The notes beneath the pieces are model-generated. The model worked only from the letters and a program-made list of their open reading frames with translations. It did no database searches and was not told the origin of the DNA. DNA of 64,000 nt. It comes from a virus. The position numbers and the translations under genes were made by a program. Shown piece after piece: positions 56,681 through 64,000 of this stretch. The stretch lies in IMG/VR virus record IMGVR_UViG_3300045110_000102, positions 1 through 64,000 of that record, one strand, 5' to 3'. How positions within the stretch are numbered: the first letter of the stretch is position 1; the number at the start of each line of letters is the position of its first letter.

Positions 56681-58236
56681 TGCTCCCGCTCGAAGATGTA
56701 GCACCAGCGAGTATCCTGCGGGATGATCAGGAGAACGCACTGCAGACGCTGCGCGAGGCGGTCGGTCGCCGCGAGCACCGCATCTGCATGCAGGCACCGA
56801 CCGGCTGGGGCAAGACCGTGTTCGCTGCTGCACTGGTGAACGCGGCGCACCAGCGCAACAAGAAGGTGATGTTCACGGTGCCAGCGATCTCACTGATCGA
56901 CCAGACCGTCGGCATGTTCGCGAAGCAAGGCATCCTCGAAGTCGGCGTGATCCAAGCCAATCACCACATGACGAACTGGGATATGCCGATCCAAGTCTGC
57001 AGCGTGCAGACGTTGATGAAGCGCAAGGCGATGCCGAGCGTTGACGTCGTGCTGATCGACGAGGTGCACATCTGGTTCAATGCTTACGAGAAGTGGCTCG
57101 GCACCGGCAAGGAAGGCGACACGGACCGCGTGCCAGAGTGGCGCGGCATCCCGGTGATCGGGCTCTCGGCAACACCGTGGAGCAAAGGGCTCGGCACGTG
57201 GTTCAGTCACTTCCACAAGGCAGCGACGATCCGCGAGATGATCGAGGCTGGCCATCTGTCGAACTTCAAAGTCTATGCGCCATCGCATCCGGACCTGTCG
57301 AACGTTCGCACCACCGGCGGCGACTATCAGATCGATGAACTGTCCGAAGCGATGCAGGAAGGCAGGCTCGTTGCCGACGCGGTTGATACGTGGCTGAAGC
57401 TCGGTGAAGGCAGGCCGACGCTTTGCTATGCGGTGGACCGCGCGCACGCGATGAAGCTCAAGCTGCAGTTCGAAGCGGCTGGTGTGCCGTGCGGATATCA
57501 GGATCACATGACATCGGATTCTGATCGAGCGTGGCTGCGCAAAGACTTCCACAGCGGCAAGCTCAAGGTGGTGTGCAACGTCGAGACGTTGACCACCGGC
57601 ATCGATTGGGATGTGCGATGCATCGTGCTGTGCCGACCGACGCGCAGCGACATGCTGTTCACGCAGATCATCGGACGCGGACTGCGCAACGCGCCGGGCA
57701 AGGATCACTGCTTGATCCTCGATCACTCCGACAATCACAACCGGCTCGGCTTCGTCACTGACATCGACGAGAGCTACGTCGGACTGCACGTCGGTCAGAC
57801 GCCGCGCCACGACAATCGCACCAAGGAGATCAGACTGCCGAAGGAGTGCCAGCAGTGCGGATATCTGAAGATGCCGAAGATGTCGCGCTGCCCGGCGTGC
57901 GGGTTCGTTGCGCAGGTGCTGAGCAACGTCGAGCCCGATGCTGGAGAGCTTCGCGAGTTGCAGCCGAAGCCACCGAAGCCGAAGGCGGAGATCGTTACCG
58001 TCGAGCAGAAGGGCGTGTTCTACGCCGAGCTTAAGGGCTACGCGATCAAGAAGGGTTACAAGAACGGCTGGGCCTATCACAAATATCGCGAGCGCTTCGG
58101 TGTTGCGCCAGCGGGTGTGATCGACAAGGTGCGACCGATCATGCCGACGCTCAGCACATTGAACTGGATCAAGCACATTCAGATTGCATTCGCTAAGTCG
58201 AAGACGCGAACGTGGGACGGCGCGCGAGGCGGGTGA
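56677..58236 (+). CDS. SF2 DExH helicase with C-terminal Zn finger (RadD/YejH-like)
   Basis: APTGWGKT, IDEVH, GLSATP, LTTGID, QIIGRGLR, CQQC...CPAC. Confidence 0.92.
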   Translation: MMLPLEDVAPASILRDDQENALQTLREAVGRREHRICMQAPTGWGKTVFAAALVNAAHQRNKKVMFTVPAISLIDQTVGMFAKQGILEVGVIQANHHMTNWDMPIQVCSVQTLMKRKAMPSVDVVLIDEVHIWFNAYEKWLGTGKEGDTDRVPEWRGIPVIGLSATPWSKGLGTWFSHFHKAATIREMIEAGHLSNFKVYAPSHPDLSNVRTTGGDYQIDELSEAMQEGRLVADAVDTWLKLGEGRPTLCYAVDRAHAMKLKLQFEAAGVPCGYQDHMTSDSDRAWLRKDFHSGKLKVVCNVETLTTGIDWDVRCIVLCRPTRSDMLFTQIIGRGLRNAPGKDHCLILDHSDNHNRLGFVTDIDESYVGLHVGQTPRHDNRTKEIRLPKECQQCGYLKMPKMSRCPACGFVAQVLSNVEPDAGELRELQPKPPKPKAEIVTVEQKGVFYAELKGYAIKKGYKNGWAYHKYRERFGVAPAGVIDKVRPIMPTLSTLNWIKHIQIAFAKSKTRTWDGARGG

Positions 58237-58237
58237 T

Positions 58238-58876
58238 GTGAAACGAAGACGAGGAAGCCACAGCAAATCGAACTACGTCGTCGGGTACTTCTTCGACAGC
58301 CAGATCATTGATCGTGACTTCGATGACGACGAGCTTGATCTCGTAGCACTGCGCGACAGGATCACGGCGGGCAAGGCGGTCGCACTGCATCCAGATGGAG
58401 ATCGACGCGACACGATGGACGATCCGGTGCCGCTGCACAGTCACGTGCCGAACGGCGGATCGTACGCGGAATTCCCGAGCGTGTATCTGATCCTGAAGGA
58501 AGCGAAGGCGCAGCGCGAAGCTGACCGAGCACGGGACATCGAGCGCGAGAAGCGCAGGAAGGAGGTCGAGCAGATCACCACCACGCAGGTCGAGGAGCGC
58601 AAGCACAAGCCGTGGAAGCCGCCGCAGTGGGTGCCGAAGCCGTTCGATCCGCGCGAGTACGATTGGACGCCGGAGCAGGCGATGCTCAACAACATGCGGC
58701 TGAACGATCCGCTCGCGCCCGGCATCGCGCGCGTGTGGCAAGGCTACGTGATGATCAACGAAGGCGATACGAAGAACGCAACACTGGCAAATCACGATGT
58801 GCCGTGGCGCGAGGTGTGGAGAGGTCGTGGGAAAATCATTTACGAGAGGAGTATAAATTATGGCTGGGTTGGATGA
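58238..58876 (+). CDS. Hypothetical protein
   Basis: GTG right after the helicase stop. Confidence 0.65.
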   Translation: MKRRRGSHSKSNYVVGYFFDSQIIDRDFDDDELDLVALRDRITAGKAVALHPDGDRRDTMDDPVPLHSHVPNGGSYAEFPSVYLILKEAKAQREADRARDIEREKRRKEVEQITTTQVEERKHKPWKPPQWVPKPFDPREYDWTPEQAMLNNMRLNDPLAPGIARVWQGYVMINEGDTKNATLANHDVPWREVWRGRGKIIYERSINYGWVG

Positions 58877-59186
58877 TGAGATGCAGTCAGCGCTCGAAGC
58901 TGACGGAGAGAAGCTGCGCCAGTTGACCGGCGAGGATCACGGGCCGTTCGAGCTACCTGAATTCTCGGTCTGGCAATTCCTGATCGACGGAACGCAGGAG
59001 AAGGTGCGCGACCATGTCACCGCGCGCGAAGCGGTCGAGGCCGCGCGTCATTACACCAACAACGTCGCGACGAAGATGGGGGTCACCGAGCGCGTGATCA
59101 TCACCGACGGCGGCGACGACTGCGTGTTCGAGTGGAAGAAGGAAGAGGGCATCACGTTCCCGCCAGAAGCAAAGGGGCGACGATGA
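58860..59186 (+). CDS. Hypothetical protein (RVIITDGGDDCVFEWK family)
   Basis: GAGGAG RBS. Confidence 0.75.
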   Translation: MAGLDDEMQSALEADGEKLRQLTGEDHGPFELPEFSVWQFLIDGTQEKVRDHVTAREAVEAARHYTNNVATKMGVTERVIITDGGDDCVFEWKKEEGITFPPEAKGRR

Positions 59187-59488
59187 ACATCATTGAATAT
59201 CTGAAACGTCAGCGCGTGTTCTCGGAGCGGGCATTCGGCCCCGGCGACAGGGCGAAGGGAGTTGTGGATCACATCCGCAAGGAATTGGTGGAGGTTGAGC
59301 AAGACCCGCGCGATCTGAAAGAGTGGATCGACGTTGTGACGCTGGCGCTGGATGGCGCATGGCGGGCAGGCTTCTCGCCGGAACAGATCGCCGCTCAACT
59401 GGAAGCGACCCTCGCGCGCAATGAAGCCAGAGCGTGGCCCGATTGGCGCACCATGCCAGCAGACCAAGCAATCGAGCACATCCGATGA
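59183..59488 (+). CDS. DUF550 dATP/dGTP pyrophosphohydrolase-like protein
   Basis: FSERAFGPG.R..GVVDHIRKEL.EV...DL.EWIDV..LALDGAWR...N.AR.WPDW. Confidence 0.85.
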   Translation: MNIIEYLKRQRVFSERAFGPGDRAKGVVDHIRKELVEVEQDPRDLKEWIDVVTLALDGAWRAGFSPEQIAAQLEATLARNEARAWPDWRTMPADQAIEHIR

Positions 59489-59739
59489 GTCATCACACCA
59501 TCGAGTGGATCGACATGGAGAGGAAGCCGAAGGTCGCGCCGAACCCGGCGTATCCTGATGGCATCGACATCGACCTGTCGCGCGGTGCGGAGAAGACGTG
59601 CACCGTCGAGCTACCGTATCCGGCGAAGCGCATCGGCTACTACGTTGTCGCGTGCACCCAGTGCGACTTGCGCACCGGCATCACGACCGCCGGTCGCCCC
59701 GATGATCCGCGTTCAGTCAAACTGGAGTGCAAGCGATGA
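59485..59739 (+). CDS. Cys-containing hypothetical protein
   Basis: ATGA coupling; C...CTQC...C. Confidence 0.7.
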   Translation: MSHHTIEWIDMERKPKVAPNPAYPDGIDIDLSRGAEKTCTVELPYPAKRIGYYVVACTQCDLRTGITTAGRPDDPRSVKLECKR

Positions 59740-60044
59740 CGCACACGAAGGACCTGCTCGCCGACGAACTGATGAAGCTCGGCCTGATCAACATGAGTCT
59801 GCAGGCGCGCGGCGGCTACTACCACGACTTCCTGTCACCGCTGGCGACGCCGGAGATTCAACTCGTCAACGATCTGGCAGAGGCCGCGCGCAAGCGCAAC
59901 GACATCCGAGACCCGATCATGGAGTTGCGCCAGCGCGTGATCAATGGCGACTTCGATGCCAACCGCGAGGAGAGCGACGCGTGGGCGGCGAGCGAGGAAG
60001 GGCAGGATGCATTCCGCAGGCTGATCAGGGACAAGCCGTCGTGA
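59736..60044 (+). CDS. Hypothetical protein
   Basis: ATGA coupling; GYYHDFLS motif. Confidence 0.75.
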   Translation: MTHTKDLLADELMKLGLINMSLQARGGYYHDFLSPLATPEIQLVNDLAEAARKRNDIRDPIMELRQRVINGDFDANREESDAWAASEEGQDAFRRLIRDKPS

Positions 60045-60301
60045 GCGTGATCGACCGGGTGTCGCTGTGGGATCAGATCGCGGAGGTGAAGCGCGAGATT
60101 GATCAGCGCAAGCGCGTATACGTTAGGATGATTGCGCAGGAGAAGATGACCAAGGCAGAAGCAGAGCGACGCATGACGGTGATGTGCGCTGTGCTGGCGA
60201 CGCTGGAGCGATTACGCGGGCTGGGCAACAAGATCAACGACGAAGGAGAGCCCAATGACTCACGAGGAGGAATTAAAAGCACTGCAGAAGACGGTCCTTG
60301 A
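60041..60301 (+). CDS. Hypothetical protein (QIAEVKREI...RVY family)
   Basis: GTGA coupling. Confidence 0.7.
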   Translation: MSVIDRVSLWDQIAEVKREIDQRKRVYVRMIAQEKMTKAEAERRMTVMCAVLATLERLRGLGNKINDEGEPNDSRGGIKSTAEDGP

Positions 60302-60500
60302 ATTCGAAGAGGTGGCGACACGAGTGGAGGAGAGGTTCACAACGGCCTACGATCCGACCGTTGAGAGCAAGCGGGTCAACGTCTCGATGGGATGGTGGCT
60401 GGTGATCAAGCGCCTCGGGCTGGCGATATGGATCAGCGACACGAAGCCGGAGATCACATCCGGCGACCTGTTGTCGATCAGCATCAAGAAGGTCCCTTGA
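60255..60500 (+). CDS. Hypothetical protein
   Basis: AAGGAG RBS. Confidence 0.7.
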   Translation: MTHEEELKALQKTVLEFEEVATRVEERFTTAYDPTVESKRVNVSMGWWLVIKRLGLAIWISDTKPEITSGDLLSISIKKVP

Positions 60501-60521
60501 GATCGCAGCGGTGATCGCATA

Positions 60522-60626
60522 GGGTCCGGGCCTTCCAGCGGGCGAGACTTGGGTTTGAAGTTTGCTCCTTTGACCAAGACTCCGAGCGGACCGGAGGGGG
60601 CGGCGGCGCAAGCTGCTGCCCCTTCT
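60522..60626 (+). ncRNA. Candidate structured small RNA or 3' UTR with an anti-Shine-Dalgarno loop
   Basis: Nested stems plus a GCAA-tetraloop hairpin with G-U pairs (60597-60622). Confidence 0.4.
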
Positions 60627-60717
60627 GCGCGACTCCTACGTAGGGAACGTCATTGCAACCGGGGAGTTGAGGTCCCGGCGACATCCGTCGCCACCTTGAT
60701 CAAGGAAGGAAACGCAA

Positions 60718-60918
60718 ATGACGAACCAGAATCTGAAGAGCGCCGCCGAACAGGTGAAGGCATCGCTCGACAAGATCACGCAGGCCAAGGACAACCCGCA
60801 GCAGATGCAGCAGGCGATCAACGACGCGAAGCAGAAGGTCGATCAGCTTGTGCAGCAGGCGGACCAAGGTTCACAGCAGGCTGGCAGCGGCGGACAGAGC
60901 CAAGGCCAGCAGCGCTAA
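60718..60918 (+). CDS. Small Gln-rich helical protein
   Basis: AAGGAAGGA RBS; own terminator. Confidence 0.75.
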   Translation: MTNQNLKSAAEQVKASLDKITQAKDNPQQMQQAINDAKQKVDQLVQQADQGSQQAGSGGQSQGQQR

Positions 60919-60919
60919 T

Positions 60920-60962
60920 AAAAAAAGGCCCCCGACCACCACGCGGTGATCGGGGGCTTTTC
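60920..60962. terminator. Bidirectional terminator between convergent units
   Basis: A7-GGCCCCCGACCACC-ACGC-GGTGATCGGGGGC-TTTT. Confidence 0.8.
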
Positions 60963-60966
60963 AGTT

Positions 60967-61173
60967 TCAGTGATGCACGAGCGACATCACGTGTTCAGGT
61001 GTCAGATTATATCTCCTCATCACGAGCAGCAGCATCTCGACCGCAGCGGGGATCGAGTGCTTCTCAGCGATCCATTTCCGAACGGTGGTCTCGTTGACGT
61101 GGAAGAACGTCGCGGAGTCGATCTGCGTCAGCTTGAGATGAGAGATCGCGTCGCGATACTCATCGCCAGTCAT
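60967..61173 (-). CDS. Small XRE-like HTH protein
   Basis: LKLTQIDSATFFHVNETTVRKWI...IPAAV; AAAAGGA RBS. Confidence 0.8.
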   Translation of the reverse strand: MTGDEYRDAISHLKLTQIDSATFFHVNETTVRKWIAEKHSIPAAVEMLLLVMRRYNLTPEHVMSLVHH

Positions 61174-61187
61174 CGGTGCATTCCTTT

Positions 61188-61484
61188 TCAGTAGCGGCGT
61201 TGTGGATAGTAGGGCGCATGCGGTGGCGGCGGCGGGTCCGGGTATCGATTGACGGACACGTTGCTGCCGTAGATCGGATCGCGATATGGATCGACCGGAA
61301 CGCATTGCACGTTGGTCTTCATCTGCAGGCGCGCACCATTGATCGTCGCACTGGGCGGGACTTGGTATAGCGTCTGCGCGGCGTACTCGCAGGCCTCGCG
61401 TGAAGGCCAGTCGGTGTGGTTCGAATCGACAGACACGCTGCCGGTGTTCGACACCACGATCATCGCGTACATCAATCGCCACAT
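61188..61484 (-). CDS. Probably exported protein with two Cys and a Pro-rich tail
   Basis: Hydrophobic N-terminus; GGGAG RBS. Confidence 0.65.
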   Translation of the reverse strand: MWRLMYAMIVVSNTGSVSVDSNHTDWPSREACEYAAQTLYQVPPSATINGARLQMKTNVQCVPVDPYRDPIYGSNVSVNRYPDPPPPPHAPYYPQRRY

Positions 61485-61756
61485 GGTCGTGCTCCCTTCC
61501 TTCGCTCCATGCTGACGATCTCCACCTTGCCGAACGCACCGAACACCGTCTTGACCACGCGGTTCATTGCCTCGTGGTCGCTGGTGTCGTCGTTCGTCAG
61601 GCTGTAGGCAGCGCCGGAGATCATGTCGGCGGCGACTGCCATCAACACGACCGCGACGTCTTCCTCGTCGTCGAGTAGCTGGGTGACCAGCATGACCGAC
61701 TTGCGTGCTCGCTCGACTGCGGTCTTCGCGAGGTCGTTGACAATTGCTTGGCTCAT
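61472..61756 (-). CDS. Hypothetical protein
   Basis: AAGGAG RBS. Confidence 0.7.
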   Translation of the reverse strand: MSQAIVNDLAKTAVERARKSVMLVTQLLDDEEDVAVVLMAVAADMISGAAYSLTNDDTSDHEAMNRVVKTVFGAFGKVEIVSMERRKGARPCGD

Positions 61757-61986
61757 TTCCTGTTGCTCCTTATGGTGCCGGTCTGCTGACCGAGCGGGTT
61801 GTAGATCGTGGTCGTGCCGTTGCTCGTGACCGCGCGCCCGGTGTTCTGACCGAGCGCGTTCGAGAACGTGGTGGTGTTGCCGCTGGTCACAGCGCGGCCA
61901 GTCTCACGACCCATCGAGTCGCGGAAGGTTTGCTGCTGCGCCAGCGCTGGCGAGCACAGCAGCATCAGTGCGAGGAGGACTCTCAT
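61753..61986 (-). CDS. Secreted small protein with three TFxxxxGxxTG repeats
   Basis: Signal peptide MRVLLALMLLCSPALA. Confidence 0.75.
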   Translation of the reverse strand: MRVLLALMLLCSPALAQQQTFRDSMGRETGRAVTSGNTTTFSNALGQNTGRAVTSNGTTTIYNPLGQQTGTIRSNRK

Positions 61987-62537
61987 CGGGCGACCCACGG
62001 TCGGCGCGCCTTCGGCTTCGGGTTGGTCTTCGCGCGGGGCTTCTTCGTCGGCTGATCGAGCAGCCACTGCTGCCCGGCATCGAGGCCAAGCTCGTACAGC
62101 TTCGGCGCGGTGTGACGCGCGAAGAAGAAGTCGAGCACGCCATAGACGCCGTTGCGCAACGCCGCGCGCCGCACGTACGCGGTGGCGAACGGCACGCCGA
62201 AGTAGCCATAGACCTGACCGTTGTCTTCGATGGTCGGATCGACGACGACACCGTCGGCATCGACCAGCCACGCGTGATCGATGCCGACGCCGTGGATGTA
62301 GGCCTTGCCCTCGCAGTAGGTGAGGTCGGGATTCCACAGCGCGGTGTGCAGCGCGTTCATGAAGCAGCCGTGTCGCTCACCGCGCGGTCCATCGTACGTG
62401 TGAGGACCGATGCGATACGCGCGCGCGTGCGCCAGCATGAAGTCGTTGTAGACATTCGGCCCGAAGGCCTCCCGTCGGGTCTCGAAGTCGGCGCGCATGC
62501 CAACTTCAATCTCCTCCGGCGTGAGGGTGTTCATCAT
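61983..62537 (-). CDS. Hypothetical protein (CFMNA...YCEG...HAW motif, papain-like pattern)
   Basis: TCAAAGGAG RBS. Confidence 0.75.
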   Translation of the reverse strand: MMNTLTPEEIEVGMRADFETRREAFGPNVYNDFMLAHARAYRIGPHTYDGPRGERHGCFMNALHTALWNPDLTYCEGKAYIHGVGIDHAWLVDADGVVVDPTIEDNGQVYGYFGVPFATAYVRRAALRNGVYGVLDFFFARHTAPKLYELGLDAGQQWLLDQPTKKPRAKTNPKPKARRPWVAR

Positions 62538-62679
62538 TGTCTTTGCTCCTTTGATTGTTGATGTAGTGAAACAGTGCGACGCGGTCGTTGTCGTCGAGGC
62601 GCACGTCGCTGTAGGTCAGGGCTTCGATTCCTCGGCGCTGGAATAGTCTGGCCAGCGCTGCCAGTGTTCTCTCGTCCAT
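62506..62679 (-). CDS. Small hypothetical protein
   Basis: GGAG RBS. Confidence 0.55.
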   Translation of the reverse strand: MDERTLAALARLFQRRGIEALTYSDVRLDDNDRVALFHYINNQRSKDNDEHPHAGGD

Positions 62680-62705
62680 TGCATCTCCGTGTCTGGTTGA
62701 TAGGT

Positions 62706-62801
62706 TCAGAACGCCTGTCGCATCATGAGCAATGCGACCACAAGCAGGACAGCAGAGAAGACGGCGACCGCCGCCATCGCTGTCACCTCTTCGGTCCACA
62801 T
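62706..62801 (-). CDS. 31-aa single-TM peptide
   Basis: MWTEEVTAMAAVAVFSAVLLVVALLMMRQAF; GGGGA RBS. Confidence 0.4.
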   Translation of the reverse strand: MWTEEVTAMAAVAVFSAVLLVVALLMMRQAF

Positions 62802-62816
62802 GTCCGGGTCCCCCAT

Positions 62817-62848
62817 AGAAAAGCCCGGCAGCGGGATTGCTGCCGGGC
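62817..62848 (-). terminator. Rho-independent terminator
   Basis: Minus strand GCCCGGCAGC-AATCCC-GCTGCCGGGC-TTTTCT. Confidence 0.8.
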
Positions 62849-62866
62849 CGAGTGCGTCGTTGGTCG

Positions 62867-63343
62867 TCAGCCGTTGTTGATCAGGTCGAGCGCCGCCTTG
62901 CCTGTCAACGGCATCTTGCGAGTCTCACCAGACTTCTTCGCCTTCATCTTCGCGATGCGGCCAGCCGCCTTCGCCTTCTTGACCGAGGCCTGCTCGGCCT
63001 TGATCTCATCGGCGACCGCAGCATCCTTCGCGCTCCTACGTAGGAACGTCGGGATATCGAGATCAACGTCGCGCGGTGGCGGCGTGATCGCGGCATGTGC
63101 CTTGACCGGCGGCACCACCGTGACCGGACCATGCGGCGGGTCAGCGATGAATGAACCGGTCGGAGGGTCCGCAACGAACTTCACTTCAGGCTCCGCCGCC
63201 AGCGCCGCGATCATCTTCGCGCGCGCCAGCCGCTTCGCTTCCTTCTCCAGCTTGGCGAGGTTCGTCATCGTCAGCTTGAGCTTCGTCTTGTTCTTCGCGA
63301 TCAGTCTCTCGACGTGATCGAGGTCGCGCTTCTTCTTTGCCAT
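62867..63343 (-). CDS. Basic coiled-coil protein with an internal FtsZ-C-terminal-like peptide
   Basis: TCAAAGGAG RBS; DVDLDIPTFLRR. Confidence 0.8.
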   Translation of the reverse strand: MAKKKRDLDHVERLIAKNKTKLKLTMTNLAKLEKEAKRLARAKMIAALAAEPEVKFVADPPTGSFIADPPHGPVTVVPPVKAHAAITPPPRDVDLDIPTFLRRSAKDAAVADEIKAEQASVKKAKAAGRIAKMKAKKSGETRKMPLTGKAALDLINNG

Positions 63344-63524
63344 GTTGGCTCCTTTGATTGTCAAACAGCCCGCTCGACGAGCGAGCAGGTGAAGTGTAGC
63401 AAACGCACTTGCGCCAAATCGCGAGTCGAGCCGATGCGCATGCAGCAAACCACTGCAGCACAAGGGTCGAGCATCGCGATTTGGAAAACTTGACTCCGAT
63501 AAATACAGGGCGAGACGCGCGTGA

Positions 63525-63800
63525 TCAGCGCGGATCGTTATCGGAAACCACTGTGAGTGAAGGGGCGACGCTGACGGAAATATTTTTTCCGAGCGTCTCC
63601 TTCGCGATCTCACTGGCGCGGTCGAGCGCGCGAGCAAAGCCATCGTGCCAGCCCTCGCAGTACTCGCGAGCCATCCTGATCTTCAAGCACTGCTCGTCGC
63701 GGTTCTTGTAGCTCCAGCCGCGCACCTCAACGTCGTTGATGGTCACGGTGATCTCGCCTTCATCGTTGTCGATCAGGCGAGGGAAGTGTGGAGTGTTCAT
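63525..63800 (-). CDS. Hypothetical protein
   Basis: AAGGAG RBS. Confidence 0.7.
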   Translation of the reverse strand: MNTPHFPRLIDNDEGEITVTINDVEVRGWSYKNRDEQCLKIRMAREYCEGWHDGFARALDRASEIAKETLGKNISVSVAPSLTVVSDNDPR

Positions 63801-64000
63801 CGTGTCTGCTCCTTCGGTGCAGCGTAGCGGGGGCGGAAGCAATGACGCAGCACGAATAGCTGGCGGTCGAGGTGTCGCTCGATGCCGACGATGTCGTGCA
63901 CGAAGTGCTCATCGGGAGAGTCGAGCAGATCGTTGAGACGCAGCGGCACCGCGAGATGCGTGGCCACAAGGTCCATCTTCACGTCGCGCTCTTCGCGATC
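63797..64000 (-). CDS. Conserved phage hypothetical protein (MDL.ATH...PL.L..LL...HD..GI.RH.DR...CF.PR), 5'-truncated
   Basis: Recognisable motif; frame runs off the window edge. Confidence 0.7.
   Translation of the reverse strand, partial: DREERDVKMDLVATHLAVPLRLNDLLDSPDEHFVHDIVGIERHLDRQLFVLRHCFRPRYAAPKEQTR

Larger units (their letters stand above)
1..64000. mobile_element. Myovirus-type (contractile tail) phage genome segment, probable alphaproteobacterial host
   Basis: Head-tail-lysis gene order followed by recombination/replication genes; no host housekeeping operons; GcrA-like and PEPxxWA-CTERM genes suggest the host class. Confidence 0.95.

Overview
The whole window looks like part of a GC-rich (roughly 64% by eye) contractile-tailed dsDNA phage genome. 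GcrA-like and PEPxxWA-CTERM genes point to an alphaproteobacterial host, probably Rhizobiales. Positions 1-40600 (+) hold the late structural operon: a MuF/gp7-like head protein, an ~11 kb block of collagen/foldon/lectin-like fibre genes inside the head module, DUF2213 protease/scaffold, DUF2184 capsid, head-tail joining, a P2/Mu-like baseplate (V, W, J, I), fibre, sheath, tube, tape measure, U/X/D, and two adjacent endolysins. Positions 40650-64000 hold accessory, early and replication genes: RecE/RecT, Cro-like, GcrA-like, MTase, RuvC-like, primase, SF2 helicase, DUF550 and many small ORFs. No terminase, portal, integrase, clear CI repressor, tRNA or CRISPR array is visible. The best leads are: (1) two paralogous phage-encoded surface proteins with different exosortase-type sorting tails; (2) a possibly branched collagen-foldon-lectin appendage; (3) a set of host cell-cycle and transcription mimics (GcrA, GapR-like, RNAP alpha-CTD, FtsZ C-terminal peptide); (4) a hairpin RNA complementary to the RBS shared by early genes; (5) a dispersed TCCTACGTRGG palindrome; (6) strong avoidance of restriction-site palindromes. 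All calls come from reading the sequence by eye; no database searches were run.
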